The translations under genes were made by a program, and so were the position numbers. A model generated the notes under the pieces. That model was not told where the DNA came from, did not search any database, and saw only the letters and a program-made list of their open reading frames with translations. Below are positions 19,193 through 27,239 of a stretch of DNA of 64,000 bases, in pieces. Source of the stretch: Spirochaetales bacterium (GTDB lineage Bacteria > Spirochaetota > GWE2-31-10); contig JAGANG010000078.1 in assembly GCA_017624275.1 (NCBI GenBank), positions 45,118 to 109,117 on the forward strand, given 5' to 3'. Positions within the stretch are counted from its first letter, which is position 1. Each line of letters begins with the position of its first letter.

Positions 19193-19927
19193 ATGGCAAA
19201 TAACAATCAATGGCAGGTCTACCTGCGACCGAACACACTCACAAAGGACAACGACAAAGACTGTATCGCCGATGTCCACCTAAACGGTGCGACTCTTACA
19301 AATGAAGACGTAGCACAAAGAATCGTCAGCGAACGAAGCGAATACCGCAAAGACACAATCATCAACATCCTAAATTTACGTGACAATGCAGTAAAGGCAT
19401 TCATTCAAGAATGCTCAAGTTTCCGTGACGGCTTGGTACAAATCACCCCACGTGTCAGCGGAGTATGGGAAAACGAAGCATCTGCATTCGACCCGGCAGT
19501 ACATAAAAGAACAGTAGACCTTGTACCGACAGCAGATCTGCGAAACACATTAGACGCAATATCTGTAAAAGTCATGGGAACGACATCCGCCGCTGCCCGA
19601 ATATCTGCAATCACAGACAGTGCAACGGGACTGAAAGACGGTACAATCACCATCGGAGATGACATCATCATCGACGGAGAAAAAATCAAAATCACAGACG
19701 AAACAGACCAAAATCAAGGTGTATTCATTGTAGATGCAACCGGCACAGAACACCGTGTAACACGCCGACTAACAGTAAACAAACCGAGCCAAATAATCGC
19801 CCGTGTACCGTCATCAGTACCAGCAGGAGCCGTGACAGTAAAAATCAAAACGAACTACAGCGGAAACAAAGCACCACTTTCTGCCATAAGGGAAATATCC
19901 TACGGCTATGAATGCACGGCGGTCTGA
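19193..19927 (+). CDS. HU-like DNA-binding domain protein with DUF4469-like C-terminal domain (Bacteroidetes-type)
   Basis: 244 aa. N-terminus (MANNNQWQVYL...LNGATLTNEDVAQRI...) resembles the Bacteroidetes 'HU family DNA-binding protein' family. GC content is clearly higher than the flanking chromosome. Confidence 0.7.
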   Translation: MANNNQWQVYLRPNTLTKDNDKDCIADVHLNGATLTNEDVAQRIVSERSEYRKDTIINILNLRDNAVKAFIQECSSFRDGLVQITPRVSGVWENEASAFDPAVHKRTVDLVPTADLRNTLDAISVKVMGTTSAAARISAITDSATGLKDGTITIGDDIIIDGEKIKITDETDQNQGVFIVDATGTEHRVTRRLTVNKPSQIIARVPSSVPAGAVTVKIKTNYSGNKAPLSAIREISYGYECTAV

Positions 19928-19947
19928 CTATCTGAAGTACACAGTAT

Positions 19948-20040
19948 GCCTTATGTGAGACCATCACATAAGGTGACCCCCGATGTACAGGACGCTCTAT
20001 GTGAGACCCTCACATAAGACGACCCCTGACATACAAGACG
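19948..20040 (+). repeat. two tandem about-46-nt hairpin units
   Basis: ccttatgtgagaccatcacataaggtgacccccgatgtacaggacg and ctctatgtgagaccctcacataagacgacccctgacatacaagacg. Each contains the inverted repeat tatgtgag...tcacata. Confidence 0.7.
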
Positions 20041-20596
20041 AACGACATCAAGCGTGTCCAAGGAGGGGAGAGGTTATAGGAGAGGGGAACCTTCGGACAT
20101 CGCAACTTTGAGATGGTTCCCCTCTCCTAAAAATTACCAACTTTGAACCCAAAACGATTTTTTAATGCCTGCCTTCGGCAGGCAAAAGGAACTTTAAACC
20201 TTCGTGGTTTAAAAAAGCTTTGAACAAAGCTTTAGCCCGGTGCCGGCATTGCCGGCGAATTGCCACACGGATTCGAAATGTCTAACGACATTTCATGAAG
20301 TGAAAAAAGTGAGAATGAACCACCGCAAGGAGTATGTTTTTTCTCTTTGGGGTTAAAGGGGGACTTCTCTTTTTGATTACAAAAAAAGAGAAATCCCCCT
20401 TAAAAACCTCGTTGTTCTCTGAACAACAAAAAAACTTCAGGGCAGGCTTGCCTGCAAAAGAAGCCTTGAACCTTGCAAAGGTTTAAAAAAACTTTGAACC
20501 AAAGTTGCATCTTAAATGCCGGCATCGCCGGCAAGCCGAAGCCTTAAACCCAGCATGGGTTTAAAAAAAATATTTGTAATAAAAAAAGGAGTACCC
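20041..20596. repeat. mosaic repeat block upstream of the LRR lipoprotein gene
   Basis: Contains the GGAGAGGGGAACC...GGTTCCCCTCTCC hairpin, the gaaatgtctaacgacatttc hairpin, the gggggacttctcttttt/aaaaagagaaatccccc hairpin and palindrome arrays. Its last about 190 nt are roughly 90% identical to 23337..23527. Confidence 0.8.
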
Positions 20597-22972
20597 ATGA
20601 AAAGATTCTTAATCTTGCCGTTAACATTCTTAATGTTAACATCCACCATCATCGGTTGTACGGAAGTACAAGAAAACACAGAAAACACACCCACAACCGA
20701 CGAACAAACTAAAGAGGAAGAAACACCGACAAAAGCCTCTTACACAATAGAACATTACAAACAAAACATTGATGACGACGAATACACCCTTGTAATTGCC
20801 GATACAGAAAACAAAAACGGCAAAATCGAAAATTATACATCAGCAATTGCAAAAGATTACGACGGATTTACATCACAAAAACCGGAACAGCAGAAAATTG
20901 CAGCAGACGGAAGTACAACGGTAAAAATCTATTACGACAGAAAAAAAATCACATTGACATTGAACCTATACGGCGGAAAAGGTGACAAAAGTATTACCGG
21001 CAAATACGGCGAGGCAGTAATCAACGCAACTGTTCCCACAAAGACAGACAGCCTTTTCAACGGCTGGGAACCGGCACTTCCTGCGACATTTCCCCTTGTG
21101 CCCACATTACATACAGCTGTATGGGTAAAAGGAAGCGACACCGTAACAGCAGACGGATGTACATATACAAAAGATATGAAAACTCTGCTGACGGCACAAA
21201 AAGACATTACAACGGCAACAATCCCCGACGGCGTAACTAAAATCGGTGAAAATGCATTTAAAGATTGTACCGCATTGACAAATATAACAATCCCGAACAG
21301 CGTGACAGAAATCGGCTTCTTCACATTTTCAGGTTGCGAAAACTTAGAATACAACGAATACAGCAACGCATTATATATCGGTAACGCCGACAATCCTTAT
21401 CTGATTCTGGTAAAAGCAAAAGACACATCGATAACATCTTGCGAAATCAACAACGACACAAAAATAATCTTATACGCAGCCTTTGACGGATGTAAAAATG
21501 TAGAAACCTTGGCAATCGGCGACGGCATTACATCATTCGACAATCTACCCATAACGCCGGCATTAAAAGAAGTCACAATCGGTAAAGGAATAACTTCAAT
21601 TTGTGATTATGCATTTTTTAATTGCAAGAACCTAACAAATGTAACACTCCCTGACAATGTGACAAAAATCGGAGAATCAGCATTCTCTTGTTGCGACAAC
21701 TTGGTAAATATATCAATCCCCGAAAGCGTAACTGAAATCGGAGACTATGCATTCTACGGCTGTGCAAGCTTGCCGGATATAACAATTCCCGACAACGTGA
21801 CGGAACTCGGAAACTATACTTTCTACGGTTGTAACAGCTTGGCGAGTATAACAATTCCCGACAACGTAACTGAAATCGGAAATCATGTTTTCTACGGTTG
21901 TGACAACTTGGCAAATATAACAATTCCCGACAACGTAACGGAAATCGGAACTCATGCATTCTACGGCTGTGCAAGCTTGGCAAATATAACAATCCCCGAC
22001 AACGTAACAGAAATCGGAAGCCATGCATTCTACAGTTGTGACAAATTGGCAAGTATAACGATTCCCGACAATGTAACTGAAATCAATGACTATACATTCT
22101 CTTGTTGTGACAACTTGGTAAATATATCAATCCCGGACAACGTGACAAAAATCGGAGAATATGCATTCTACGGCTGTGCAAGTTTGACAGACATGACAAT
22201 CCCCGACAGTGTAACTGAAATCGGTTTCAGAGCATTCAACGAGTGCAGTAACCTTACAAGTGTGACAATCGGTAACAGCGTAACTTTTATCGGTTACGAA
22301 GCATTCGAGAATTGCAGTAACTTAGAAAACGTATATATTTTCGATTTAGAAGCTTGGTGTAATATTGAGTTTGAATCCTCTGCAAATCCGCTAAGTAACG
22401 GAGCAAATTTATATTTAAACGGTAACCTGGTAAAAGATTTAGTAATCCCCGACAGCGTAGCTGAAATAAGAGGTGCTTTCGACGGTTGTTCAAGCTTAGA
22501 AAGTGTAATCATTCCTGACGGCAAGACTTCTACCGGTTGGTTCCGTTATTGCAGTAACTTAACAAGTGTTTCCATTCCGGACAGTGTAACTGAAATCAGT
22601 GGCTATGCATTCGAAGGTTGCAGTAGTTTAACAAGCGTAACAATTCCTGATAGCGTGATTACTATCGGCTACTATGCGTTCAGAGGTTGCTCTAGCCTAA
22701 TAAGCATAACAATCCCGGACGGTGTGACTGAAATCTGGAGCAGAGCATTCGAAAAGTGCAGTAGACTAACAAGTGTAATAATCCCTGACAAAGTAACTGA
22801 AATCGGTTTCAGTGCATTCAACGAGTGCAGTAACCTTACAAGTGTGACATTTAAAGATACTGTCGGCTGGAAATATGGCTGGGAAGAGATAGAAATCGAC
22901 GTAACAGATCCGGCACAAAACGCAATTTATTTAAAAGAGACTTATCACGGTAACTCTTGGTACAAAAAATAA
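20597..22972 (+). CDS. BspA-like leucine-rich-repeat surface lipoprotein
   Basis: 791 aa (ATG at 20597 behind RBS aaaggag). Lipoprotein signal MKRFLILPLTFLMLTSTIIGC. At least 20 copies of a 23-aa repeat IPDNVTEIGxYAFYGCxSLxxITIP (LRR_5/BspA type). Confidence 0.85.
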   Translation: MKRFLILPLTFLMLTSTIIGCTEVQENTENTPTTDEQTKEEETPTKASYTIEHYKQNIDDDEYTLVIADTENKNGKIENYTSAIAKDYDGFTSQKPEQQKIAADGSTTVKIYYDRKKITLTLNLYGGKGDKSITGKYGEAVINATVPTKTDSLFNGWEPALPATFPLVPTLHTAVWVKGSDTVTADGCTYTKDMKTLLTAQKDITTATIPDGVTKIGENAFKDCTALTNITIPNSVTEIGFFTFSGCENLEYNEYSNALYIGNADNPYLILVKAKDTSITSCEINNDTKIILYAAFDGCKNVETLAIGDGITSFDNLPITPALKEVTIGKGITSICDYAFFNCKNLTNVTLPDNVTKIGESAFSCCDNLVNISIPESVTEIGDYAFYGCASLPDITIPDNVTELGNYTFYGCNSLASITIPDNVTEIGNHVFYGCDNLANITIPDNVTEIGTHAFYGCASLANITIPDNVTEIGSHAFYSCDKLASITIPDNVTEINDYTFSCCDNLVNISIPDNVTKIGEYAFYGCASLTDMTIPDSVTEIGFRAFNECSNLTSVTIGNSVTFIGYEAFENCSNLENVYIFDLEAWCNIEFESSANPLSNGANLYLNGNLVKDLVIPDSVAEIRGAFDGCSSLESVIIPDGKTSTGWFRYCSNLTSVSIPDSVTEISGYAFEGCSSLTSVTIPDSVITIGYYAFRGCSSLISITIPDGVTEIWSRAFEKCSRLTSVIIPDKVTEIGFSAFNECSNLTSVTFKDTVGWKYGWEEIEIDVTDPAQNAIYLKETYHGNSWYKK
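21700..22210 (+). repeat. near-identical 69-bp tandem DNA repeats encoding the LRR units
   Basis: Repeated units aatataacaattcccgacaacgtaac(t/g)gaaatcggaa...ttctacggctgtgcaagcttggca in tandem. They also produce artefactual minus-strand ORFs. Confidence 0.85.
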
Positions 22973-23527
22973 AGTGAGAACGAACCACCGCAAGGAGTAT
23001 GTTTTTTCTCTTTGGGGTTAAAGGGGGACTTCTCTTTTTGATTACAAAAAAAGAGAAATCCCCCTTAAAAACCTCGTTGTTTCACTTGGTGTTTACAGAC
23101 GTAAACACTTCGTTCGTTCACGCAGTGAACTCACCACTGTTCTCTGAACAACAAAAAAGCTTTAGGGCAGGCTTACGCTCGGTATTTAACTGACGTTAAA
23201 TACTCCGTTCGTTCTACGAACTCACCGTTGCACAGTGACCGAGAGAACGAACTCCCGCTCCAAGCTTGCCAAGGAATGGGGAGGTCATAGGAGGGGAAAA
23301 CCTGCGGCCTGCAAAGAGCCGGTGTTCCCCTCCTAAAAATCCGTTGTTCTTAGAACAACAAAAAAGCTTCAGGGCAGGCTTGCCTGCAAAAGAAGCCTTG
23401 AACCTTGCAAAGGTTCGAAAAAGCTTTGAACCAAAGTTGCATTTTAAATGCCGGCATCGCCGGCAAAAGAAGCCTTAAACCCAAGTGGGTTTATAAAAAA
23501 ATATTTATTTTAAAAAGGAGTCATCTC
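22973..23527. repeat. mosaic repeat block upstream of the second lipoprotein gene
   Basis: Same hairpin and palindrome families as 20041..20596. Includes an 85-bp element (23068..23152) with an inverted copy at 27419..27503. Its 3' about 190 nt duplicate 20405..20596. Confidence 0.8.
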
Positions 23528-25327
23528 ATGAAAAGACTTTTAATTTTATTAACATTATTAATGTTTACTTTACCAAACTGCACAAACACTTCCGAAGACA
23601 GTGAAAACATATTCAACAATAACGAAAACACCACCCAAGACAAAACCGAAGAGGAAGAAGAACAAAAAGAAATCACGTTGACATCAAGCAAATTAACAAA
23701 TGTCACAATCAAAACTCCGCCGGTAAAAACAGAATACACCGCCGGCGAAACATTCGCCCCCGCAGGACTTTATTTGCAGGCAACATATACAGACACATAC
23801 TCCGACGGCACGCAAAAGGAAAACATCGAATTTATAGATTGCGAAACGGGAGCGGTCACATTCACAGGTACAGACTTTGCAGAGGCAGGCACAGCGACCG
23901 TCACAGTGACATACAAAGGGAAAAATGTCACATTCAGCGTAAAGGTAACAGAAAAGCCGGCATTCCCAACAATAGGAAACTACAAAATCACAGGCGAAGA
24001 CATCATAATAAGCGACTTTTCGGACATCACGGTATCGGGAAGCAGTGACGCAGAGTTCAATATATCTTTTCTCGCAACAAAACAGACACAGCTTTCACTG
24101 CCGGAAATAAGCAACATCGCAAAGGCTTTCCCAAACGCTACAATAACAGCAGATGATAAGATTTCATATACAATAAACGGCGGAACAAAAAGGGGAGATA
24201 TACCTGCTGATATTTTCACTTATAATACTTTAGTAGATAATGAATTTAAGGATTTGACAACATTTGCAATTGAAGGAAAAATATTAATTGATGAAACAAC
24301 AGATGTTAATTCCACTGAACACTATGATAATAGACCTGTAAAAATAAGAACTATTACGTTGGACAACGGCACGACTCTTAATATAACAGGAAAATATCTT
24401 GATATCGGACGAAATCGTTTTAAAGTTACTAACAATGCAGTTGTTAATCTGTCTGATGATATAGAAATTACAACATATGATAATAGTGAAAATTCTAGTC
24501 CAACTCATGCAAATATTACTTCCGACATCGCTAATACGCAATTTGACGCATTGGGCCTCACCACCCCAAACTTTGATTTAGCAATCTCTGATGAAAATTT
24601 ATATAATTTCGCTCACAATATTCTTGATAGATATGATAGTTTCGATAAGACAAAGCATAAATTAAAATCATCCTCTTATTTTAATGGTAATTTGAATAAT
24701 TCTACAAATGTTTTATATACAGGAGATGCTCTAGTATCAGAAGAAGATCGTCCAACTTTAAAGTTTTCTAGTGTTAAATATATTTCTGATAAGAATAAGT
24801 TGATAACAATGTATAATCTTGTAATAAATAATAATATTCCTGTAGAGGATAATACTAATCTAGATGTGACTGCAGATTTTACAAATATTGTATTTGAAGG
24901 AGATTTTTCTAATTTTCATAATAAAGGAAGTTTTGAAGGCATATCTCATTTTATGGGTAATCCGATGCAAGGTGTTTCAAATTCTAATGGATATGTAAAA
25001 GTTGATTACGTTGATACTAATGTAGGTGAAATATTTGGAGATATTATAGATCTTACCGACTTGTCAGATGATATAATGTATGATATAGGTTCTAATAGAA
25101 ATATGATGTTAGGAGGAGCTGCTGATGTTATAGGTATCTTTAGAGATGAGAAACAACAAGTTGCGGCTGAAAATATACGTAAGAAAGGTAGTAACCTTGG
25201 TTTTAAGCCTGTTTATTTGCAAGATAATCCTAAGCATAAAAATGAGTTTATTAAAACCCTTGCAGATTGGGAAGTGGAATATAATTCTTCGAAAAAACTT
25301 CAATCTTCAAATACTGCTCAACAGTAA
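23528..25327 (+). CDS. surface lipoprotein with N-terminal Ig-like domain and AT-rich C-terminal region
   Basis: 599 aa (ATG at 23528 behind RBS aaaggag). Lipobox LLMFTLPNC. Residues about 50-190 are GC-rich and look Ig-like (TVTVTYKGKNVTFSVKV). From about nt 24180 the composition switches to AT-rich unrelated sequence. Confidence 0.75.
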   Translation: MKRLLILLTLLMFTLPNCTNTSEDSENIFNNNENTTQDKTEEEEEQKEITLTSSKLTNVTIKTPPVKTEYTAGETFAPAGLYLQATYTDTYSDGTQKENIEFIDCETGAVTFTGTDFAEAGTATVTVTYKGKNVTFSVKVTEKPAFPTIGNYKITGEDIIISDFSDITVSGSSDAEFNISFLATKQTQLSLPEISNIAKAFPNATITADDKISYTINGGTKRGDIPADIFTYNTLVDNEFKDLTTFAIEGKILIDETTDVNSTEHYDNRPVKIRTITLDNGTTLNITGKYLDIGRNRFKVTNNAVVNLSDDIEITTYDNSENSSPTHANITSDIANTQFDALGLTTPNFDLAISDENLYNFAHNILDRYDSFDKTKHKLKSSSYFNGNLNNSTNVLYTGDALVSEEDRPTLKFSSVKYISDKNKLITMYNLVINNNIPVEDNTNLDVTADFTNIVFEGDFSNFHNKGSFEGISHFMGNPMQGVSNSNGYVKVDYVDTNVGEIFGDIIDLTDLSDDIMYDIGSNRNMMLGGAADVIGIFRDEKQQVAAENIRKKGSNLGFKPVYLQDNPKHKNEFIKTLADWEVEYNSSKKLQSSNTAQQ

Positions 25328-25394
25328 CCCTGTAACAGCATTTTAATTATACATACACGCCTGCGGGACTTTTTCGCCCCCGGGCTTTTTTTAT

Positions 25395-26100
25395 GTCCTC
25401 TCCCCCTTTAGCAGGAAGGCTCTTTTCGTCGGCATAGCCGACACAGAGCTAAAGCAGACTTTAAGGTGCAACGGCTTTCGCAGGGTTCGGGGACAATTTG
25501 TCCGCCTACGGCGGACGGCGAGGCTAAAGCTTTCTTCAAAGCAAAACCACGAGGGTTTAAAGTTCCTTTTGCAGGCAAAGCCTGCATTTAGGAATCGTTT
25601 TGGGTTCAAAACGTGTAAATCTTTAGGAGAGGGGAACCATCTCAAAGTTGCGATGTCCGAAGGTTCCCCTCTCCTATAACCTCTCCCTTCCTTGGACACG
25701 CTTGGAGTGGGAGTTCATTCTCACTTCTTGAAATCTCGTAGACGATTGGTGCATTTCGACTACGCTCAATGACCGTTTTTCTTTTATTTTCTGTTTGGTG
25801 AGCCACGGTGAATGTACGTAGTACATGAACGAAATGTTTACTTTAGTAAACATCGAGCGTAAGCCACGGTGAGTTCGTAGAACGAACGGAGTATTTCCGA
25901 TAGGAAATACCGAGAGAAAGCTTGTCGAACCAATCAGTGTGGCTCCTGTCTTCCGAACTTGTTTCGGAATCTCTACTTCCACAGGCTTTTAGATGTCTAC
26001 GGAATATTCTTTACAGCAATGTACATTTTTTATATAAAGCTATCGGAAATGCTTAAGTTTCAGGCGGCGTCTCCCAAACTCAATAATTAATTGAAACAGG
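25395..26100. repeat. mosaic repeat block, reverse-orientation copies
   Basis: Reverse complements of the 18-23.5 kb families (tcgtcggcatagccgaca, gcaggcaaagcctgc, TTTAGGAGAGGGGAACC...GGTTCCCCTCTCC hairpin) plus an about-200-bp unit (25746..25980) repeated directly at 27628..27862. Confidence 0.8.
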
Positions 26101-26111
26101 GAGGCTTGTCT

Positions 26112-26213
26112 ATGACTATAGAATTAGTTTTATCAGTAGTGACTTGTATTGCTACGGTAACTGGTACAGTTATAGCATTGCTCTCTTTCCTAAAAAAGAA
26201 AGATAAAGAGTAA
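26112..26213 (+). CDS. small hydrophobic peptide (type-I-toxin-like), 33 aa
   Basis: MTIELVLSVVTCIATVTGTVIALLSFLKKKDKE. Single TM helix plus charged tail, RBS gggagg 7 nt upstream. Not in the supplied track because it is under 60 aa. Confidence 0.35.
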   Translation: MTIELVLSVVTCIATVTGTVIALLSFLKKKDKE

Positions 26214-26329
26214 AAAATAAAGCCGCCAAAATGACTCGAAACTACTTTTGACGGCTCTTAGCTAAAATCGTGGAGACGACCAAATGAACTTGGGCATTTC
26301 CTTTTTTTAATATACACCTACTAATTCTT

Positions 26330-26560
26330 TTTTGCAAGAACGTTTTCTACTTCCTTTTTTTATATCTCCATGACTACGAAGTATTTAACGTCAGTCATTT
26401 GATGTTTTCTTACGAAAACATCGAGCGTAAGCCACGGTGAGTTCGTAGAACGAACGGAGTATTTCCGATTAGGAAATACCGAACGAGCTTGTCGAAGTAA
26501 TCCGGTGTGGCTCCTGTCTTCCGACTTGTTTCGGAATCTCTACTTCGAAAGGCTTTTTAT
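26330..26560. repeat. third partial copy of the about-200-bp repeat unit
   Basis: catcgagcgtaagccacggtgagttcgtagaacgaacggagtatttccgattaggaaataccga...cttgtttcggaatctctacttcg, matching 25850..25980 and 27735..27850. Confidence 0.75.
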
Positions 26561-26634
26561 TATTGCTGCTGCGTTTGTTTCTTCTAAGACTTTTTGATAT
26601 AATATAGTAATAATTTTTACTTGGAGGTAGAACT

Positions 26635-26850
26635 ATGTCATTAGCGATATTGGAACAAAAAATAGCTACTTTACCAACACTATGTGTTACTGAACTTGAA
26701 GATTATGTTGATTTTCTAATTCAGAAATATTGTACAAATAAAAAAGACGATGAAACAGAATCATATTTTGGAGCTTTAAAAAATAAAATATCATTTATTT
26801 CTTCTGATTTCGATGAGCCTCTCGAAGAAGATTTTAAGGATTATATGTAA
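26635..26850 (+). CDS. DUF2281-like type II antitoxin
   Basis: 71 aa. ATLPTLCVTELEDYVDFLIQKY resembles DUF2281 antitoxins, and the C-terminus is acidic. RBS ggagg. Directly precedes a PIN-domain ORF. Confidence 0.55.
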   Translation: MSLAILEQKIATLPTLCVTELEDYVDFLIQKYCTNKKDDETESYFGALKNKISFISSDFDEPLEEDFKDYM

Positions 26851-27231
26851 TGGAAAAATATCTTTTTAGATACACATGCAATTCTTTGGTATTTTCAAGG
26901 AAATGAAAATCTACCAAAGAAAATACGTACAATTATAGAATCTAAATCATGTTTTTACAGCATTATATCTTTTTGGGAAATTGCAATAAAGCAAAAGTTA
27001 GGCAAATTGGATTCATCTTTTTCAATCCAAGAACTTGAATCCATGTGTACAAAAGCAAATATACAAATTGCTCCTATCACATCAAAATCCATAGAAACAA
27101 CAAAATTTTTGCCTTTAATTCACAGAGACCCTTTCGACCGACTTTTAATTGCTCAAGCAAAAAACTTAAACTTAATATTAATTACCAAAGACATGTTCAT
27201 TCCGCAATACGATGTGAAAATTTTATGGTAA
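26851..27231 (+). pseudogene. vapC: PIN-domain VapC-like toxin gene whose start codon is out of frame
   Basis: The frame from 26851 encodes (W)KNIFLDTHAILWYFQGNENLP...DPFDRLLIAQAKNLNLILITKD, with the PIN signature motifs. It has no in-frame ATG. An ATG at 26850 is +1 out of frame, just upstream of a 5-A run (26854..26858). Confidence 0.6.
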
Positions 27232-27239
27232 ACAGCCCG

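Noticed and set aside
21618-22052. Minus-strand ORFs (144 aa and 103 aa) inside the LRR gene
   Set aside because: They are repetitive translations of the 69-bp tandem DNA repeats on the antisense strand (RCRELLY... repeated). They arise from repeat periodicity, not from an independent gene.
25355-25393. Terminator after the second lipoprotein gene
   Set aside because: A T-run is present, but the preceding gcccccgggc can form only a very short stem. The evidence is insufficient.
25391-25982. ORFs 25391..25699 and 25674..25982 (minus), and analogous ORFs 27256..27507, 27588..27899, 22999..23193, 23266..23478
   Set aside because: All lie wholly within repeat elements. Identical peptides recur simply because the repeat recurs, and there is no RBS or start context. 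They are treated as non-coding repeat sequence.
26850-26906. ATG at 26850 (MEKYLFRYTCNSLVFSRK) as the toxin start
   Set aside because: This frame terminates after 18 codons. The PIN homology is in the +1 frame, so the feature is reported as a frameshifted PIN gene instead.
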